Counted from the stretch's first letter, positions 22,396 to 33,484 are shown. The stretch is DNA of 64,000 nucleotides from an uncultured Gammaproteobacteria bacterium (GCA_963848305.1 CAWKDC010000001.1:1248001-1312000), one strand, 5' to 3'. Numbers and translations: made by a program. The notes: a model not told the origin generated them from the letters alone.

Positions 22396-22571
22396 AATTT
22401 AAATCGCCTTTTGCCATAAGTGAATTAAATATAAAATAGCATAAAGGTAGGCAGCTCGCAATAGGTAAATTGCAAACTAACATTAAAATAATTAATCATA
22501 AAATACAAATAAAACATATAGATAGGATTAATAAGCTAGAAAATCTTCTGAAATCAATGAGATATCAATGA

Positions 22572-23345
22572 TCAGCTTTTTAGCCCAACACCTTTAGAGA
22601 GGAGGACATAAGCAGTGACCCCCATGATGCAAGTCAGTCCGACCAGAATACTGAGCCCAATATGAATTGGCACATCAGAGGTACCTAAAAAGCTGAACCT
22701 AAACAGATCGATGATATAGAGGATGGGATTGGCCAAAGACACTTTTTGCCACAGGGGAGGTAGCTTATCAATCGAGTAAAATACCCCGCCCAAATAAGTG
22801 AGGGGTGTGAGTATGAAGGTAGGCACGATGGTGATGTCATCAAAGGTGCGTGCAAAAATGGCGTTGATCAACCCAGCCACCGAAAACAATAAGGCCGTGA
22901 GGAATACGATGCCCAGCATGAGTCCTGGGTGGGCAATGGGGGTTGGGGTAAAACAACGGGCAACGAGCCAGATGATCACGCCGACGACGCATCCGCGCAA
23001 CACGCCCCCGAAGACATAGCCCAATAAAATCACCCAGTTGGGGGTGGGTGAGACGAGGAGTTCTTCAATGTGTCGACCAAATTTTGATCCAAAAAAAGAA
23101 GAGACAACATTCGAGTAGGCGTTATTGAGGATGGCCATCATGATGAGGCCTGGTACAATAAATTCAATGTAAGTATAAGGACTGGTCCTGGGAATTTGCG
23201 AGCCAATGAATCCACCAAAGATAACCAAATACAGGCTGGCTGTGATGGCGGGTGGTATTAATGTTTGAACCCAGATCCGCAAAAATCGATAGATTTCTTT
23301 GCGAACAATGGTTTCTAAGCAGATCAGATCGCGGATGATTGCCAT
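22572..23345 (-). CDS. yadH: ABC-2 type transporter permease
   Basis: RFLRIWVQTLIPP, FIVPGLIMM and LTPLTYLGGVFYS. Confidence 0.92.
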   Translation of the reverse strand: MAIIRDLICLETIVRKEIYRFLRIWVQTLIPPAITASLYLVIFGGFIGSQIPRTSPYTYIEFIVPGLIMMAILNNAYSNVVSSFFGSKFGRHIEELLVSPTPNWVILLGYVFGGVLRGCVVGVIIWLVARCFTPTPIAHPGLMLGIVFLTALLFSVAGLINAIFARTFDDITIVPTFILTPLTYLGGVFYSIDKLPPLWQKVSLANPILYIIDLFRFSFLGTSDVPIHIGLSILVGLTCIMGVTAYVLLSKGVGLKS

Positions 23346-23347
23346 GG

Positions 23348-24262
23348 TTATGCCTTATGACCTGTGAGTGTTAAAAATAATGCTTCCAGTCGATTAGATT
23401 TATTTCGCAACCCACTGACAGGAATATTGGCCTGCGAAAGTGCTTTGAATAATTCATTGAGCAGCAATCCTTCGGGTGTTTCAATTTCTAATGTTTCCGC
23501 ATTGATCCAGGTTGTTTTAAAACCAGGCAAATGCGGGGCGGCATCCAGGGGTTTTGCCAATTCGATGATAAAACTTTGTGTTTTAATCGAAGCCAATAAC
23601 TTGCGCACGGAAGTGTTTTCAATGATGTTGCCCTTATCGATGATGGCAACATTTTTGCATAATTGTTCTGCTTCTTCGAGATAATGGGTGGTGAGGATGA
23701 TGGTGGTTCCCTCTTGATTGATTTTCTGAAGAAAATGCCACATGGTGCGTCGGATTTCGATATCCACACCGGCTGTGGGTTCATCCAAGATCAGCATTCT
23801 GGGATTGTGAACAATCGCGCGGGCAATCATCAAGCGTCTTTTCATCCCGCCTGACAATGTGCGGGCAACGGTATCGCGTTTATCCCACAAATCAACTTGC
23901 TTCAGCGCATGTTCTGCCGCTGTCACGGCTTGAGGGCGTGGGATGCCATAAAATCCTGCTTGATTGGTGACAATGTCTTTCACCCTATCAAAGATATTGA
24001 AATTGAATTCTTGTGGCACAATGCCGATATAAGCTTTTGCATCATTCGGATGTTGATCAAGATCTTTATCAAAGATTTGCACCCGTCCACTGGTTTTTTT
24101 AACAAGGGAACACAAAATGCCGATAGTGGTGGATTTGCCTGCGCCATTGGGGCCAAGCAGTGCAAAAAAATCCCCTTCTTCGATCGTGAGTGAAATACCC
24201 TTGAGGGCATGCGTATGATTGGGGTATGTTTTATGTAGATTGTCAATGAGCAGTGCGGGCAT
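23348..24262 (-). CDS. yadG: ABC transporter ATP-binding protein
   Basis: GPNGAGKST, LSGGMKRR and LDEPTAGVD; paired with yadH. Confidence 0.92.
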   Translation of the reverse strand: MPALLIDNLHKTYPNHTHALKGISLTIEEGDFFALLGPNGAGKSTTIGILCSLVKKTSGRVQIFDKDLDQHPNDAKAYIGIVPQEFNFNIFDRVKDIVTNQAGFYGIPRPQAVTAAEHALKQVDLWDKRDTVARTLSGGMKRRLMIARAIVHNPRMLILDEPTAGVDIEIRRTMWHFLQKINQEGTTIILTTHYLEEAEQLCKNVAIIDKGNIIENTSVRKLLASIKTQSFIIELAKPLDAAPHLPGFKTTWINAETLEIETPEGLLLNELFKALSQANIPVSGLRNKSNRLEALFLTLTGHKA

Positions 24263-25151
24263 TTGCTGGTTCCCATGTTCTGAATAAAATTTTCAATGTT
24301 TTCCATCTTAAAAAACTGGCGGGATACATATGAAATGCTTTTTTTAATAGGGTTCGTGCCATGTCTTTTTGTTGTGATTCATTGGCTGTTCGCGCAAGGG
24401 ATATCAATTTTCGGGCGTGATATTGTTGTTGATAAGACATGGCTTCCGGTATTAAATACGCTGGATTAAACAGCAAAGGGACGATGGCATCTTGCTGTTG
24501 CATGATGGACTGTGTTTGATGTCGCAGGCTGGTGGGCGAATGGTACACATCCATGGAGACAAAATCGAGCACTCTGGCTTCATGCGCTGAAATGAGGTGG
24601 CTGATAAAGACGACATCTTCACCATGACGTATATTGGGGTATTGGATATGCTGAAGCACGGATGTGCGCATGGGCATGACTGCACTGACGGTGCTGAATT
24701 TGCCGAACCAAAATGTTTTGAGCATGTCCATTTTGTTATCGCATGGCTTCATGAGGCGAATGGTTTTTTGGGTGCCATGAATGTTGCAATAACCTGCGAT
24801 CAAGAGGTTTACATCTGGCGATTGCTGAAAGGCGTCATGAAATGTCGCGAGCGCATTGTCGCGTATCGCATCATCTGAATCTAGAAAAAGGGTATATCGC
24901 CCCCTCGCCAATGCAATACCTTTATTGCGAGCCATAGCCGAACCTTGATTGGATTGTTGATGGCATTGAATGAGGTGGGGATGTTGATGAAGGTATTGTT
25001 TTGCAATCTCAGCTGTTTCATCAGTGCTGCCATCATCAACGAGAATGATTTCTTTGACATGATCTTGTTGAGCTAGCACCGCGTCCAGCGCACGGTGTAA
25101 TGTTTTTGCTGAATTGTAGCAAGGGATGATGATCGTGAAATACATCGACAT
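24243..25151 (-). CDS. Glycosyltransferase family 2
   Basis: IIIPCYN, VDDGSTD, ARNKG, FLDSDD and GED. Confidence 0.9.
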   Translation of the reverse strand: MSMYFTIIIPCYNSAKTLHRALDAVLAQQDHVKEIILVDDGSTDETAEIAKQYLHQHPHLIQCHQQSNQGSAMARNKGIALARGRYTLFLDSDDAIRDNALATFHDAFQQSPDVNLLIAGYCNIHGTQKTIRLMKPCDNKMDMLKTFWFGKFSTVSAVMPMRTSVLQHIQYPNIRHGEDVVFISHLISAHEARVLDFVSMDVYHSPTSLRHQTQSIMQQQDAIVPLLFNPAYLIPEAMSYQQQYHARKLISLARTANESQQKDMARTLLKKAFHMYPASFLRWKTLKILFRTWEPANARTAH

Positions 25152-25157
25152 GACCTG

Positions 25158-26593
25158 CTATTGTTCGGGTTCAAATAGTGACATGATTCTTGCCACATCT
25201 TCTTGCGTCAATGGTTTCTCATTCATTAAAAGGTTGCCACTGTCATAGTTTAAATCAAAACGGGATTGACCGTCTTCAGTGATCAAAATATGTGTGTCAT
25301 TCAACGCTTTGAATTGATCAAGTATGTCCAAACGCAAGGCCTCTTTCGCTGGGATGGTTTTTTTGGTGTGAGGATCTGTGTAAGGAGGTGCATCTGCAGG
25401 TAAATAAGGTAATGTTAATTCATACAAGGTATTTTCGAGCCAGACCAAAGGTGCACGTAAGGAGACCGAGGCCTTCATATGTAAAATAAGCTGCTGAGTG
25501 AGTTCATCTACCGTGTCATCCTGATGGTTTTTATTGAGATCAGGGAATGCCATTTTCGCTTCGAATGCGACATTGCCTGTCTCGGGTGTCATCGTATGGA
25601 TGAATGAAGCTGTAGCGCCGTTTTCCAAAATATCCACCAGGGCTGCGCGTCGCGCAGTTTGCCATTCGAGATCATTCACGTCAGCAGCATCTGTTTGCGT
25701 GAGACGGCTGAAAGCCATTAAGCCCGAGGGACCCAGCCGATCCAGTGAGAGTGTTAGAGAGGCAGTGGACGCTTTTTGATTGAAAAAATCGATATCGTTG
25801 GCAGAGGCATTGAGCAGAATGTTCACCAAATGATCTTTCATGCTGCTTTGCGTGTTCAATTTGAATCCGTTGAAGCGAATGGTGTGACCCGTTTCATCTC
25901 GCAAGTAAAAACTGGGCAAGGACAAGGATTGTGTGCCAATCCAGGGGGTGTTTTTGTATCGTTTGCCATCAGAGTCGACGGTCATGGCAGCCATATCAAG
26001 GATAGATTTATTTTTGCCTTCTAATAAGAGGGGGGAAACATCCATGTGGAAAGTGGCTTGGTTAAGGTTGTGGGAAACCTTCAGCGAGCCTTTGATGCCT
26101 TCAAATGACAGTAACCCTTCCTCACTCTTATAATATGCCGGGGCGCTGGCGAATGTCATGTTGATATTGCCCAGCAGGCCAAAGTGGACGTTGCCGGAGA
26201 GGATTTCATTCTTTTCAAAGAAGTTTTCGAGGGAATCTTGCAGGAGTGCATTGTCCGGGGCGATATCATCCGCTTTTGCGAAGAGTATTGCGCGGGCGAG
26301 GCCGACAGACAAGCCGCCATTCTCAGCCGGGAAGAAGGGCCGTGGAAAATTTTAAGGCGAATGTAGCTGGTGTGGGGTTCGGTCATGATGGGATCGTCCG
26401 CGACCACTTTCAGTCGAACCCAAGAGCGGGCATAACGGACTGAGTAGGGTTCTATGTCTACCGAGATGCCATGGGGAAGGCTTAGGTTGTTGAAAAAGGT
26501 GGATAATTGGTAATGAACCACCCAACCAGCCAAATAGGGGGAGGCGCCCAAGAAGGTGAGCACAAGGAGGCCGATAAGAAGGCGTTTTTTCAT
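25158..26593 (-). CDS. YdgA/DUF945 family protein (frameshift in a C-run near 26340)
   Basis: N-terminal signal anchor ..SPYLAG, conserved HGP motif at the junction and G.L.MN.KP near the C-terminus. Confidence 0.7.
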
Positions 26594-26741
26594 GGTGGTT
26601 GGCTCCTAATAAGGTATGGCTATTGTAGGACGAGTTGGCTTATCACACAAGAGGGTTATTTTTAAAATACCCCTCTTGTTTCTTGTGGGAGGGGGGTATA
26701 TAATGCCGGCCTACGCGAGTCTTTAAACGAGAGAGAGAGCC

Positions 26742-26954
26742 ATGAAGTCCGATATTCATCCTGATTACAGAGAAATCACCGTCAGCTGTGCCTGCGGGAA
26801 CACCTACAAAACACGTGCTGTCTTGGACCGTGATTTGTCCTTAGAAATTTGTTCTAAATGCCATCCTTTCTACACCGGTAATCAGCGTATCGTGGATACC
26901 GCTGGCCGTGTGGATCGTTTCCAGCAACGTTATGGCAAAAAGAAAGAAGGTTAA
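26742..26954 (+). CDS. rpmE: 50S ribosomal protein L31 (zinc-binding type)
   Basis: [29 protein letters not shown]. Confidence 0.97.
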   Translation: MKSDIHPDYREITVSCACGNTYKTRAVLDRDLSLEICSKCHPFYTGNQRIVDTAGRVDRFQQRYGKKKEG

Positions 26955-26962
26955 TATTATAC

Positions 26963-27155
26963 CTGTCATCTCGCAAAGAATCTGTCAACGAGCGGTTAAA
27001 GTAATTTGAGGGCTCACAGATTCTTATGCGGGAACCGGTGACAATTTAATGTCAAAGGGCGCACAATTCTGAACCGTTTCCTGGATCCTGGATAACAATC
27101 TGTGATGCTTCAGCCTTTTTAACTGTCCTTTGACAGATTGTTTCCGGGATGACAG
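26963..27155. repeat. Composite inverted repeat of two ~76-bp CTGTCATC(C/T)CG palindromic units (REPIN/MITE-like)
   Basis: 26963-27038 is similar to the reverse complement of 27080-27155; each unit is itself palindromic (AATCTGT..ACAGATT). Confidence 0.75.
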
Positions 27156-27161
27156 CTAATA

Positions 27162-28247
27162 TCAGTCCTCCGCCCCGAACTTCAATTCCTCCGGCATCTT
27201 TTTCGTCGTGGCAACACCCAAGCTTTTCATTTCTTCTGCACGGCGGATCAAATTGCCCTTCCCGTCTTTTAATTTATTCATCGCAGCGTCATAACTTTTT
27301 TGCGTACTCTCGATGCGTTTGCCAATGTCCTGCACATCTTCTAAAAACGCAATGAACTTGTCATACAAATCGCCTGCTTTGGTTGCAATTTTCAATGCAT
27401 TTTCATTTTGATATTCAAAGCGCCAAATATTGTGAATGGTGCGCAATGTCGCGAGCAATGTTGTGGGGGTGACAAGGACAATATTGCGCGATAATGCTTC
27501 GCCAAACAGGCTATCATCGGCTTGCATGGCCAGGTGCAAAGCAGGTTCAATCGGTATAAACATCAACACAAAATCCAGCGTGCGAATGCCTTGCAATTTT
27601 TGATACTGTTTGTCGCTGAGTTGACGGATATGCGTGCGCAGTGATTGTAAATGGGCTTGCAAATAAGTCGCTTGTTCATTGATGTCCTCTGTGTGTTGAT
27701 ATTTTTCATACGCATTGAGCGAGACTTTAGAGTCAACGATGATATCGCGTTGCTCGGGCAAATGAATGATCACATCCGGTTGAAATAATTTACCTGCTTC
27801 ATCTTTTAAACTGGTTTGTACGTCATATTCGCGCCCTTTTTGCAGTCCGGACATTTCCAGCACGCGCTCAAGCACCATTTCACCCCAATTGCCTTGCTTT
27901 TTCGAATCGCCCTTCAGGGCTTGTGTGAGAGCAATCGCTTCATTCGACATTCTTTGATTCAGATCTTTTAAATGTTTGATTTCATGAAAAAGAGATAATC
28001 GATCGCGGGATTCTTTTTCATGAGATTCTTGAATGCGCTGCTCAAATTGTTTGATTTGATCTTTGAGGGGATTGAGGAGGTGCGATAATTCATGTGTGTG
28101 AGATTCTCTCAGCAGTTTTGATTTGTCTTCAAAAATCTGCTGGGCCATCAAGGCAAAAGCATCTTTTTGTTCGCCCCGGGCTTTGATCCAAAACCACCAG
28201 ACCAGGCTGGCGACGATGGCGCCGAGTAAAAACCAAAGTATTTCCAT
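27162..28247 (-). CDS. rmuC: DNA recombination protein RmuC
   Basis: QGNWGEMVLERVLE, PDVIIHLP, IVDSKVSL, DFVLMFIPIE and PTTLLATL. Confidence 0.95.
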   Translation of the reverse strand: MEILWFLLGAIVASLVWWFWIKARGEQKDAFALMAQQIFEDKSKLLRESHTHELSHLLNPLKDQIKQFEQRIQESHEKESRDRLSLFHEIKHLKDLNQRMSNEAIALTQALKGDSKKQGNWGEMVLERVLEMSGLQKGREYDVQTSLKDEAGKLFQPDVIIHLPEQRDIIVDSKVSLNAYEKYQHTEDINEQATYLQAHLQSLRTHIRQLSDKQYQKLQGIRTLDFVLMFIPIEPALHLAMQADDSLFGEALSRNIVLVTPTTLLATLRTIHNIWRFEYQNENALKIATKAGDLYDKFIAFLEDVQDIGKRIESTQKSYDAAMNKLKDGKGNLIRRAEEMKSLGVATTKKMPEELKFGAED

Positions 28248-28458
28248 GTGAACTCCTGTTGTAACAATAAGACAGTATATAGCTTATCCCTTGCTTTTAG
28301 CCAAACTTTGGTGATTATACAATGGTCATTTAGCCATATTTTCGCTAAAAAGCACCAAAAAAAAGATTATTTTATGCGTGTTCCATGCCTCATTTCCATG
28401 ATCCTCTTTAAAAGCAAATATTAACAGTGTTTTTAAAAATATTTCTATTATTTGAATG

Positions 28459-28481
28459 AAACTGTCAAATGATGACAGTTT
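28459..28481. promoter_or_regulatory. Palindromic operator candidate upstream of the LuxR-type gene
   Basis: AAACTGTCA-N5-TGACAGTTT, a perfect 9-bp inverted repeat. Confidence 0.45.
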
Positions 28482-28579
28482 TGAGTTAAATTAATGGGGA
28501 TATAAGAATATGGGAATCTGGTTTAAACGTGGACGGGAGATTGCCTCTTATGGCATAATCTTGGCGCAGGATAGCCGTT

Positions 28580-29350
28580 ATGGCAGAACTCTTTAATATC
28601 CGTCACCCCACGTTGTTGCTTAGGCATAAAATTCAATCACTTACTCAAGATTTTTGCCAGCAAATGGGTTTGAGTTATTTTCAATATTTACGCTGTTTTG
28701 CCGATGGCTCCGTTGGGTTGTTAACCAATAAAACAGAGCTGTTGGAATATTTTCAAAAACAGCGGGATATACCCCTTGTTTATTCCGCATTCGAAACACA
28801 GCATGAAAATCAAGCCTCGTATTGGTTTTTATGGGACGAGGCCTTGCCTGAGCACCCGGTACAATTGGCACGAGAAAAGTTTGGCATCTACCATGGGTTA
28901 ACGTTTGTCAGGCGTTCTCGAGATTATTACGATATGATCGCTGTTGCGATGCCCAAGCCACATGCGCATGCAAGTTCTTTTTATTTGAACAAGCTCAAAT
29001 CAATTGATTTTTTCATTCATGAATTTGATAAGAATCACCAACAATTAGTTCAGACAATGCATCAAAATCCCATAACGGTTCCTCTAAGGCAACGTGATAT
29101 GAATTGTGAAAAGATATGTTTAGGGAACGCCAAACTAAAAGTCAAAGGGCGTCGAGGGTATACACATATTACCGTACAAGAATTAGCTTGTTTGCGCCTA
29201 TTAAGCCTGGGTCGCAGTTACAAAGAAATTGCCAAACAATTGGATGTTTCTCCCCGTACAGTGGAAACCTATATTTACCGCATAAAACTGAGAACAGATT
29301 TTTATACGCTGCAGGAGTTGATAGAATTATTGCATGCTGTCAGTAATTAG
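28580..29350 (+). CDS. Solo LuxR-family transcriptional regulator
   Basis: C-terminal GerE-type HTH (TVQELACLRLLSLGRSYKEIAKQLDVSPRTVETY); N-terminal putative sensor domain. Confidence 0.85.
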   Translation: MAELFNIRHPTLLLRHKIQSLTQDFCQQMGLSYFQYLRCFADGSVGLLTNKTELLEYFQKQRDIPLVYSAFETQHENQASYWFLWDEALPEHPVQLAREKFGIYHGLTFVRRSRDYYDMIAVAMPKPHAHASSFYLNKLKSIDFFIHEFDKNHQQLVQTMHQNPITVPLRQRDMNCEKICLGNAKLKVKGRRGYTHITVQELACLRLLSLGRSYKEIAKQLDVSPRTVETYIYRIKLRTDFYTLQELIELLHAVSN

Positions 29351-29413
29351 CCCGGACATCATATAACTTACAGAAGAATATACTGATGATAAGTTGGTTT
29401 TTAGGAGAATATC

Positions 29414-29842
29414 ATGAATCACAAACTGAAAAATGCTGAATCATTATTGCAAAAATTTTGCGATACTTATAATGAGCAGGATAAAGATGCAATACTTGAG
29501 TTATTTGTCCGTGGGTCGATTGTCATTGGAACAGCCCTGGATGAAATACGGGTTGGTATTCAAGCAATGAAAGAACAATTAGAGCGTGAGCTTAAACAAG
29601 CCAAAGCACAAATACATATTGTTTCTTTTTTGCATGCCCCTACAGAAGGCTTTTGGGCTAGTGCGATTTGCAAGGCGGTGATTACTGCCGATGGGAAGAC
29701 TGAAAGTTTTGACAATTTGCGCATCACCATGATTGTTGAAAAAATTGGGCAAGCTCTTAAAATTGCGCATATGCATGCATCATTTCCTGATATGCGTAGT
29801 CCAGAAGGATATTCCTTCCCGAAAAATGTTAATGCAAAATAA
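29414..29842 (+). CDS. NTF2-like/SnoaL domain protein
   Basis: YNEQDKDAILELF..IGT..E..LRITMIVEK..KIAHMHASFP. Confidence 0.8.
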   Translation: MNHKLKNAESLLQKFCDTYNEQDKDAILELFVRGSIVIGTALDEIRVGIQAMKEQLERELKQAKAQIHIVSFLHAPTEGFWASAICKAVITADGKTESFDNLRITMIVEKIGQALKIAHMHASFPDMRSPEGYSFPKNVNAK

Positions 29843-29864
29843 ACAGTGACAGGAACATTCTCTG

Positions 29865-31394
29865 TCAGTGTTCCTGTTCATTTTTTGATTGATTGGAAGG
29901 GGCGTTGAAAAAAATATCAGTGATGATTTGCTCAATTTTTAAAACCTCATCATTAGAAAGGAAGTCAAAAAATTTCACCTTTTTAGCTTTAGATAACTTT
30001 CCTTTATTGTCTAGAGATATTTTGATGAACAAATCAATTTTTTTGTCTGGCATGTCGACCACATCTTGAATGGCTATTTTTGAACGATCATACTTTAATA
30101 TGAAATCCAGTTCTTCTACCAGGTCGCATTCAATTGTTTTTTGCAATGTTTCATATAAATACTCCACCATTCTCGTGGCATCAAAGTATTGATAAAAACA
30201 AACGGTCTCATTCGGAACAGTGAGCACCCCTTCATCACTCAGTTTATAGAGAACTCGCGATAATAAAGGTCTTGAAAAAGATTCCAGGCAGGCATCATAT
30301 GCTTTTGGTTGTGCAAGCATGACTGCCGAAACTGGGAAAATAATACCAGCAGGAGAGAAGCCAGTGCGTGTCAGCAAATAATGAATCAGTAATCGATGTA
30401 AGCGTCCATTGCCATCTTCAAAGGGATGAAGGTATACAAAAGCAAATGCGCAAACTGCCGCAGTGGCAATGGAGTCAATATTGCTTGTTTGCATGCGATG
30501 GGTGAGTTCCAAAAAACCATTCATCAACATGTTGAGATCTTGTGGTTGAGGAGAAATGAAGTGAATAATTTCACGATATCCTGGTAATGATTGACCGACA
30601 TAATTTTGTGTCTGTCGATAATCTTTGTCTGCAAATCGTTCTTCAACGATGATATTTTGCAATTCAATTAATGTGGCTTTTGTGATTTCACTTAAATGTT
30701 CGATTTCTTGCAATGCTTGTACAAATCGGACTGTTCGTTTTAAGGTGGGCTGCTCCCTTTCAATCGCAAAAGAAGATTTTGTTTCTTTAAGATACAAGAA
30801 TTGGCTTGCTCGATGTACGATATCGCTTGGATATTTTTCGATGATGTCTGATGCTTTTTCATGTAATTTCAAATTGATGAGCTGATTAATGCGATCTGTT
30901 TTTCGTGCCAGTGGACAAAAGTGAGTATTACCTAATAGATTATTATTAATTCTTTGTCTAGAGCATTTAACAGCATCGGCGGTAAAATATGCATCTTCTG
31001 GTAACAAGTCAATGTAGTTGCCCATTTTTAAATCATCAAGAGGTAACCTCCTTTCTAATAAAAATTCATAAAGAAACCATATTTTTCGAATATATTTACC
31101 TGTAGGTTGAGATTGAGCCAGCTCTACCATCTCATCTATGGAAGTTTCAACAAAAATTGCTCTTAATATTTCCAAATTGACGCCATCATATTTGAGTGCA
31201 AACTCAAGTTGCGAAGCGAGGGTTTTTTGTGGTAAAAATGATTTAGGATAAATATGTATTTCAATGCCATGCTGCTTCTCGATGCTGCCTATGCCTTTCA
31301 GAGAAATGTAAGATTGGCGAAAATGAGGCAGCACAGATTGCCGAAGGGTGTTTACAAAGAATTGGTACCCTGCCGGGATAAGTTCACTGTCCAT
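29865..31394 (-). CDS. Fic family protein
   Basis: Fic motif HPFEDGNGRLHR; upstream SSFAIERE resembles the autoinhibitory helix. Confidence 0.92.
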   Translation of the reverse strand: MDSELIPAGYQFFVNTLRQSVLPHFRQSYISLKGIGSIEKQHGIEIHIYPKSFLPQKTLASQLEFALKYDGVNLEILRAIFVETSIDEMVELAQSQPTGKYIRKIWFLYEFLLERRLPLDDLKMGNYIDLLPEDAYFTADAVKCSRQRINNNLLGNTHFCPLARKTDRINQLINLKLHEKASDIIEKYPSDIVHRASQFLYLKETKSSFAIEREQPTLKRTVRFVQALQEIEHLSEITKATLIELQNIIVEERFADKDYRQTQNYVGQSLPGYREIIHFISPQPQDLNMLMNGFLELTHRMQTSNIDSIATAAVCAFAFVYLHPFEDGNGRLHRLLIHYLLTRTGFSPAGIIFPVSAVMLAQPKAYDACLESFSRPLLSRVLYKLSDEGVLTVPNETVCFYQYFDATRMVEYLYETLQKTIECDLVEELDFILKYDRSKIAIQDVVDMPDKKIDLFIKISLDNKGKLSKAKKVKFFDFLSNDEVLKIEQIITDIFFNAPSNQSKNEQEH

Positions 31395-31606
31395 CAGCCG
31401 TGCTCCCTATGATTAAAAAACGGGCTATTTCAATAAAAATGATTATAGCACATAAAAAACGATTAAAAAACTACATTTCTCCAAAAAAACAATTATTTTA
31501 TGCCTGTTTCAAGCCTGATCGCCATGGTCAAACTTGGTTAACATTTGACTGCTTGGGGCTGCTCTTGGTACTGTGGCCACTGATGAGCTGAGTAGCTCGG
31601 GAGGAT

Positions 31607-32134
31607 GTGGTGGCTAGAGAAAAAGTTAAACTTCATGAAGATATTAATGTTGCTATGAAAGAGGGTGATCATACCCGGCTCAACGAACTGCTCGCGTCTG
31701 CTGAACAAGGCAGTGCTCGAAAAGAGGCTCAAGCCTATGCTCTTGATACAGCTCTCTTTTATGCTGGGGAGTGAGCCGAGAAGAATGATACCGCCCTGCT
31801 TTCAACTGTATTGGCAAATCATGATGCTCCTGTGGTTGCGCTAGACCAAGGGCTGTCTTATCTCATCGGCAAATCAGCATTAATTCCTGAATACCAGGTG
31901 AATAATTTCAACAAGATATTGCCCAAGATCATTCCGCTTTTATTCGAGCGTTGCCCTGCAGCTCAAAAAGCCGACGTGTTTCAAAAGGCGCTTCTCGCTG
32001 CAAGTAAAAGAAAGCAAACCCTTCCAGTACAAGAGGCATTGTTGGCGTATGAGTCGCAACAGTCAGAATCACTTTTGGGTGATATGGATCGTGTGATGAT
32101 AAACATCCAGGACTATCTGCGGCGACAATGTTGA
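31607..32134 (+). pseudogene. Helical (ankyrin-like) hypothetical protein interrupted by an in-frame TGA at 31772
   Basis: RBS GGAGG then GTG; one frame reads VAREKVKLHEDINVAMKEGD..DTALFYAGE*AEKNDTALLSTVLANH.. Confidence 0.5.
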
Positions 32135-32311
32135 TCATCGCTGGGATGGGCCATGTCTATACCTCAAGGGCTTGCCCGCAATTTTTAAGTTTACGGGGTA
32201 CCCCGCCTGCTACAGGCACTCAGAAGCCAGTCTTAAACTAAAATTCGAATTGACGCTTGTCTCTGTCATTTGATAGACTGGACAATTCCATACTGAGAAG
32301 CGAGTAGTATC

Positions 32312-33484
32312 ATGACGTTATCGCGCTATGCCTTTGTTTTCACAGGTCTTGCCATTTTTTCCATGTTTTTCGGGGCGGGCAATGTGGTGTTCCCATTGGC
32401 TTTGGGGCAAGGATCGGGGCATGGGGTGCCGTGGGCCGTGTTAGGGCTGTTTTTTACGGGCATTTTACTGCCATTGGCTGGGCTCATTGCGATGATCTTA
32501 TTCAATGGCAACTATTACACGTTCTTTGAACGGATCGGCCGCTGGCCTGGCTTGTTCATCATCTTCTTGATCATGGCCTTGATTGGTCCTTTTGCGGGTA
32601 TTCCGCGTACCATCACCCTCTCCCACTCTACCCTGGCGCTGACTTGGATGGATTTACCCGCTTGGGGGTTTAACCTGGCCTTTACCGCAGTTGCTTTTGT
32701 ATTGGCATACCGTCGCGATGCAGTACTGGGCATTTTGGGGAAAATACTCACGCCCGCGTTGTTGAGCTTTTTGGCTTGGACAGTGATCGATGGCATGATG
32801 ACCCCAGCGGCGTTGCCCGTGGTAGAGGCAAAAACAAATATGCAGTACTTGTTTGATGGATTTGTGGCCGGGTATAACACCATGGATATGTTGGCGGGAT
32901 TATTCTTTTCAACAGTCGTCTTGGCAGGATTGCATGCAAAACTGATATTGCAGCGCAAGGATTTGGTTGAAAATAATCAACAGATTTTGCGGCACTTATT
33001 GCTGGCCTCGACCGTGGCAGCTGCATTGCTGTTTACCGTGTATGGCGGTTTTTGTTTCATTGCCGCCAAACATGCGGGCGTGTTAGCAGGTGTGCCCGCC
33101 GATGAATTATTGGGCACATTGGCCCTGCATTTGCTGGGCAAAGAAAGTGGATTGATGGCGAATGGTGTTGTGGTAATTGCTTGCTTGACCACAGCAGTGT
33201 CTTTGATCGCTGTTTTTTCAGAATTTTTGAGCCGACATTTTTTCAAAGATCCTGACAAAATGTATAAACCGTTTGTGGTCATGACCGCGTTGATTGCGTA
33301 TGGCATGTCGCTGCTCGGTTTCATGCAAATCATTTTGCTGATTTTCCCGCTGATCGCACTGTGCTACCCATTGTTGATTGTGTTGGCTTTCTGTAATATC
33401 GGATTCAAACTATTTGGTTTTAAAATGGTTAAAGTTCCCGTTTATACGACCTTGATATTAACCGCTTTGTGGATGTATACTTGA
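32312..33484 (+). CDS. brnQ: Branched-chain amino acid transporter BrnQ family
   Basis: FSMFFGAGNVVFP, IGPFAGIPRT, GYNTMD and ACLTTA. Confidence 0.93.
   Translation: MTLSRYAFVFTGLAIFSMFFGAGNVVFPLALGQGSGHGVPWAVLGLFFTGILLPLAGLIAMILFNGNYYTFFERIGRWPGLFIIFLIMALIGPFAGIPRTITLSHSTLALTWMDLPAWGFNLAFTAVAFVLAYRRDAVLGILGKILTPALLSFLAWTVIDGMMTPAALPVVEAKTNMQYLFDGFVAGYNTMDMLAGLFFSTVVLAGLHAKLILQRKDLVENNQQILRHLLLASTVAAALLFTVYGGFCFIAAKHAGVLAGVPADELLGTLALHLLGKESGLMANGVVVIACLTTAVSLIAVFSEFLSRHFFKDPDKMYKPFVVMTALIAYGMSLLGFMQIILLIFPLIALCYPLLIVLAFCNIGFKLFGFKMVKVPVYTTLILTALWMYT

Noticed and set aside
22470-22500. PmrA-type effector regulatory box upstream of the disordered orphan
   Set aside because: The TTAAT half-sites are 9 nt apart rather than 11, in very AT-rich DNA where chance matches are likely
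5096-31774. TGA recoding (Trp or selenocysteine) suggested by in-frame TGA codons near 5097 and at 31772
   Set aside because: Many intact genes here end in TGA and use TGG for Trp; the first case lies in a relic that also has a TAA stop; neither site is a redox-Cys context
32158-32250. Second ERIC-like element or riboswitch upstream of brnQ
   Set aside because: Only a TATACCTC start and a short GGGGTACCCC palindrome; no matching right end or known aptamer is visible
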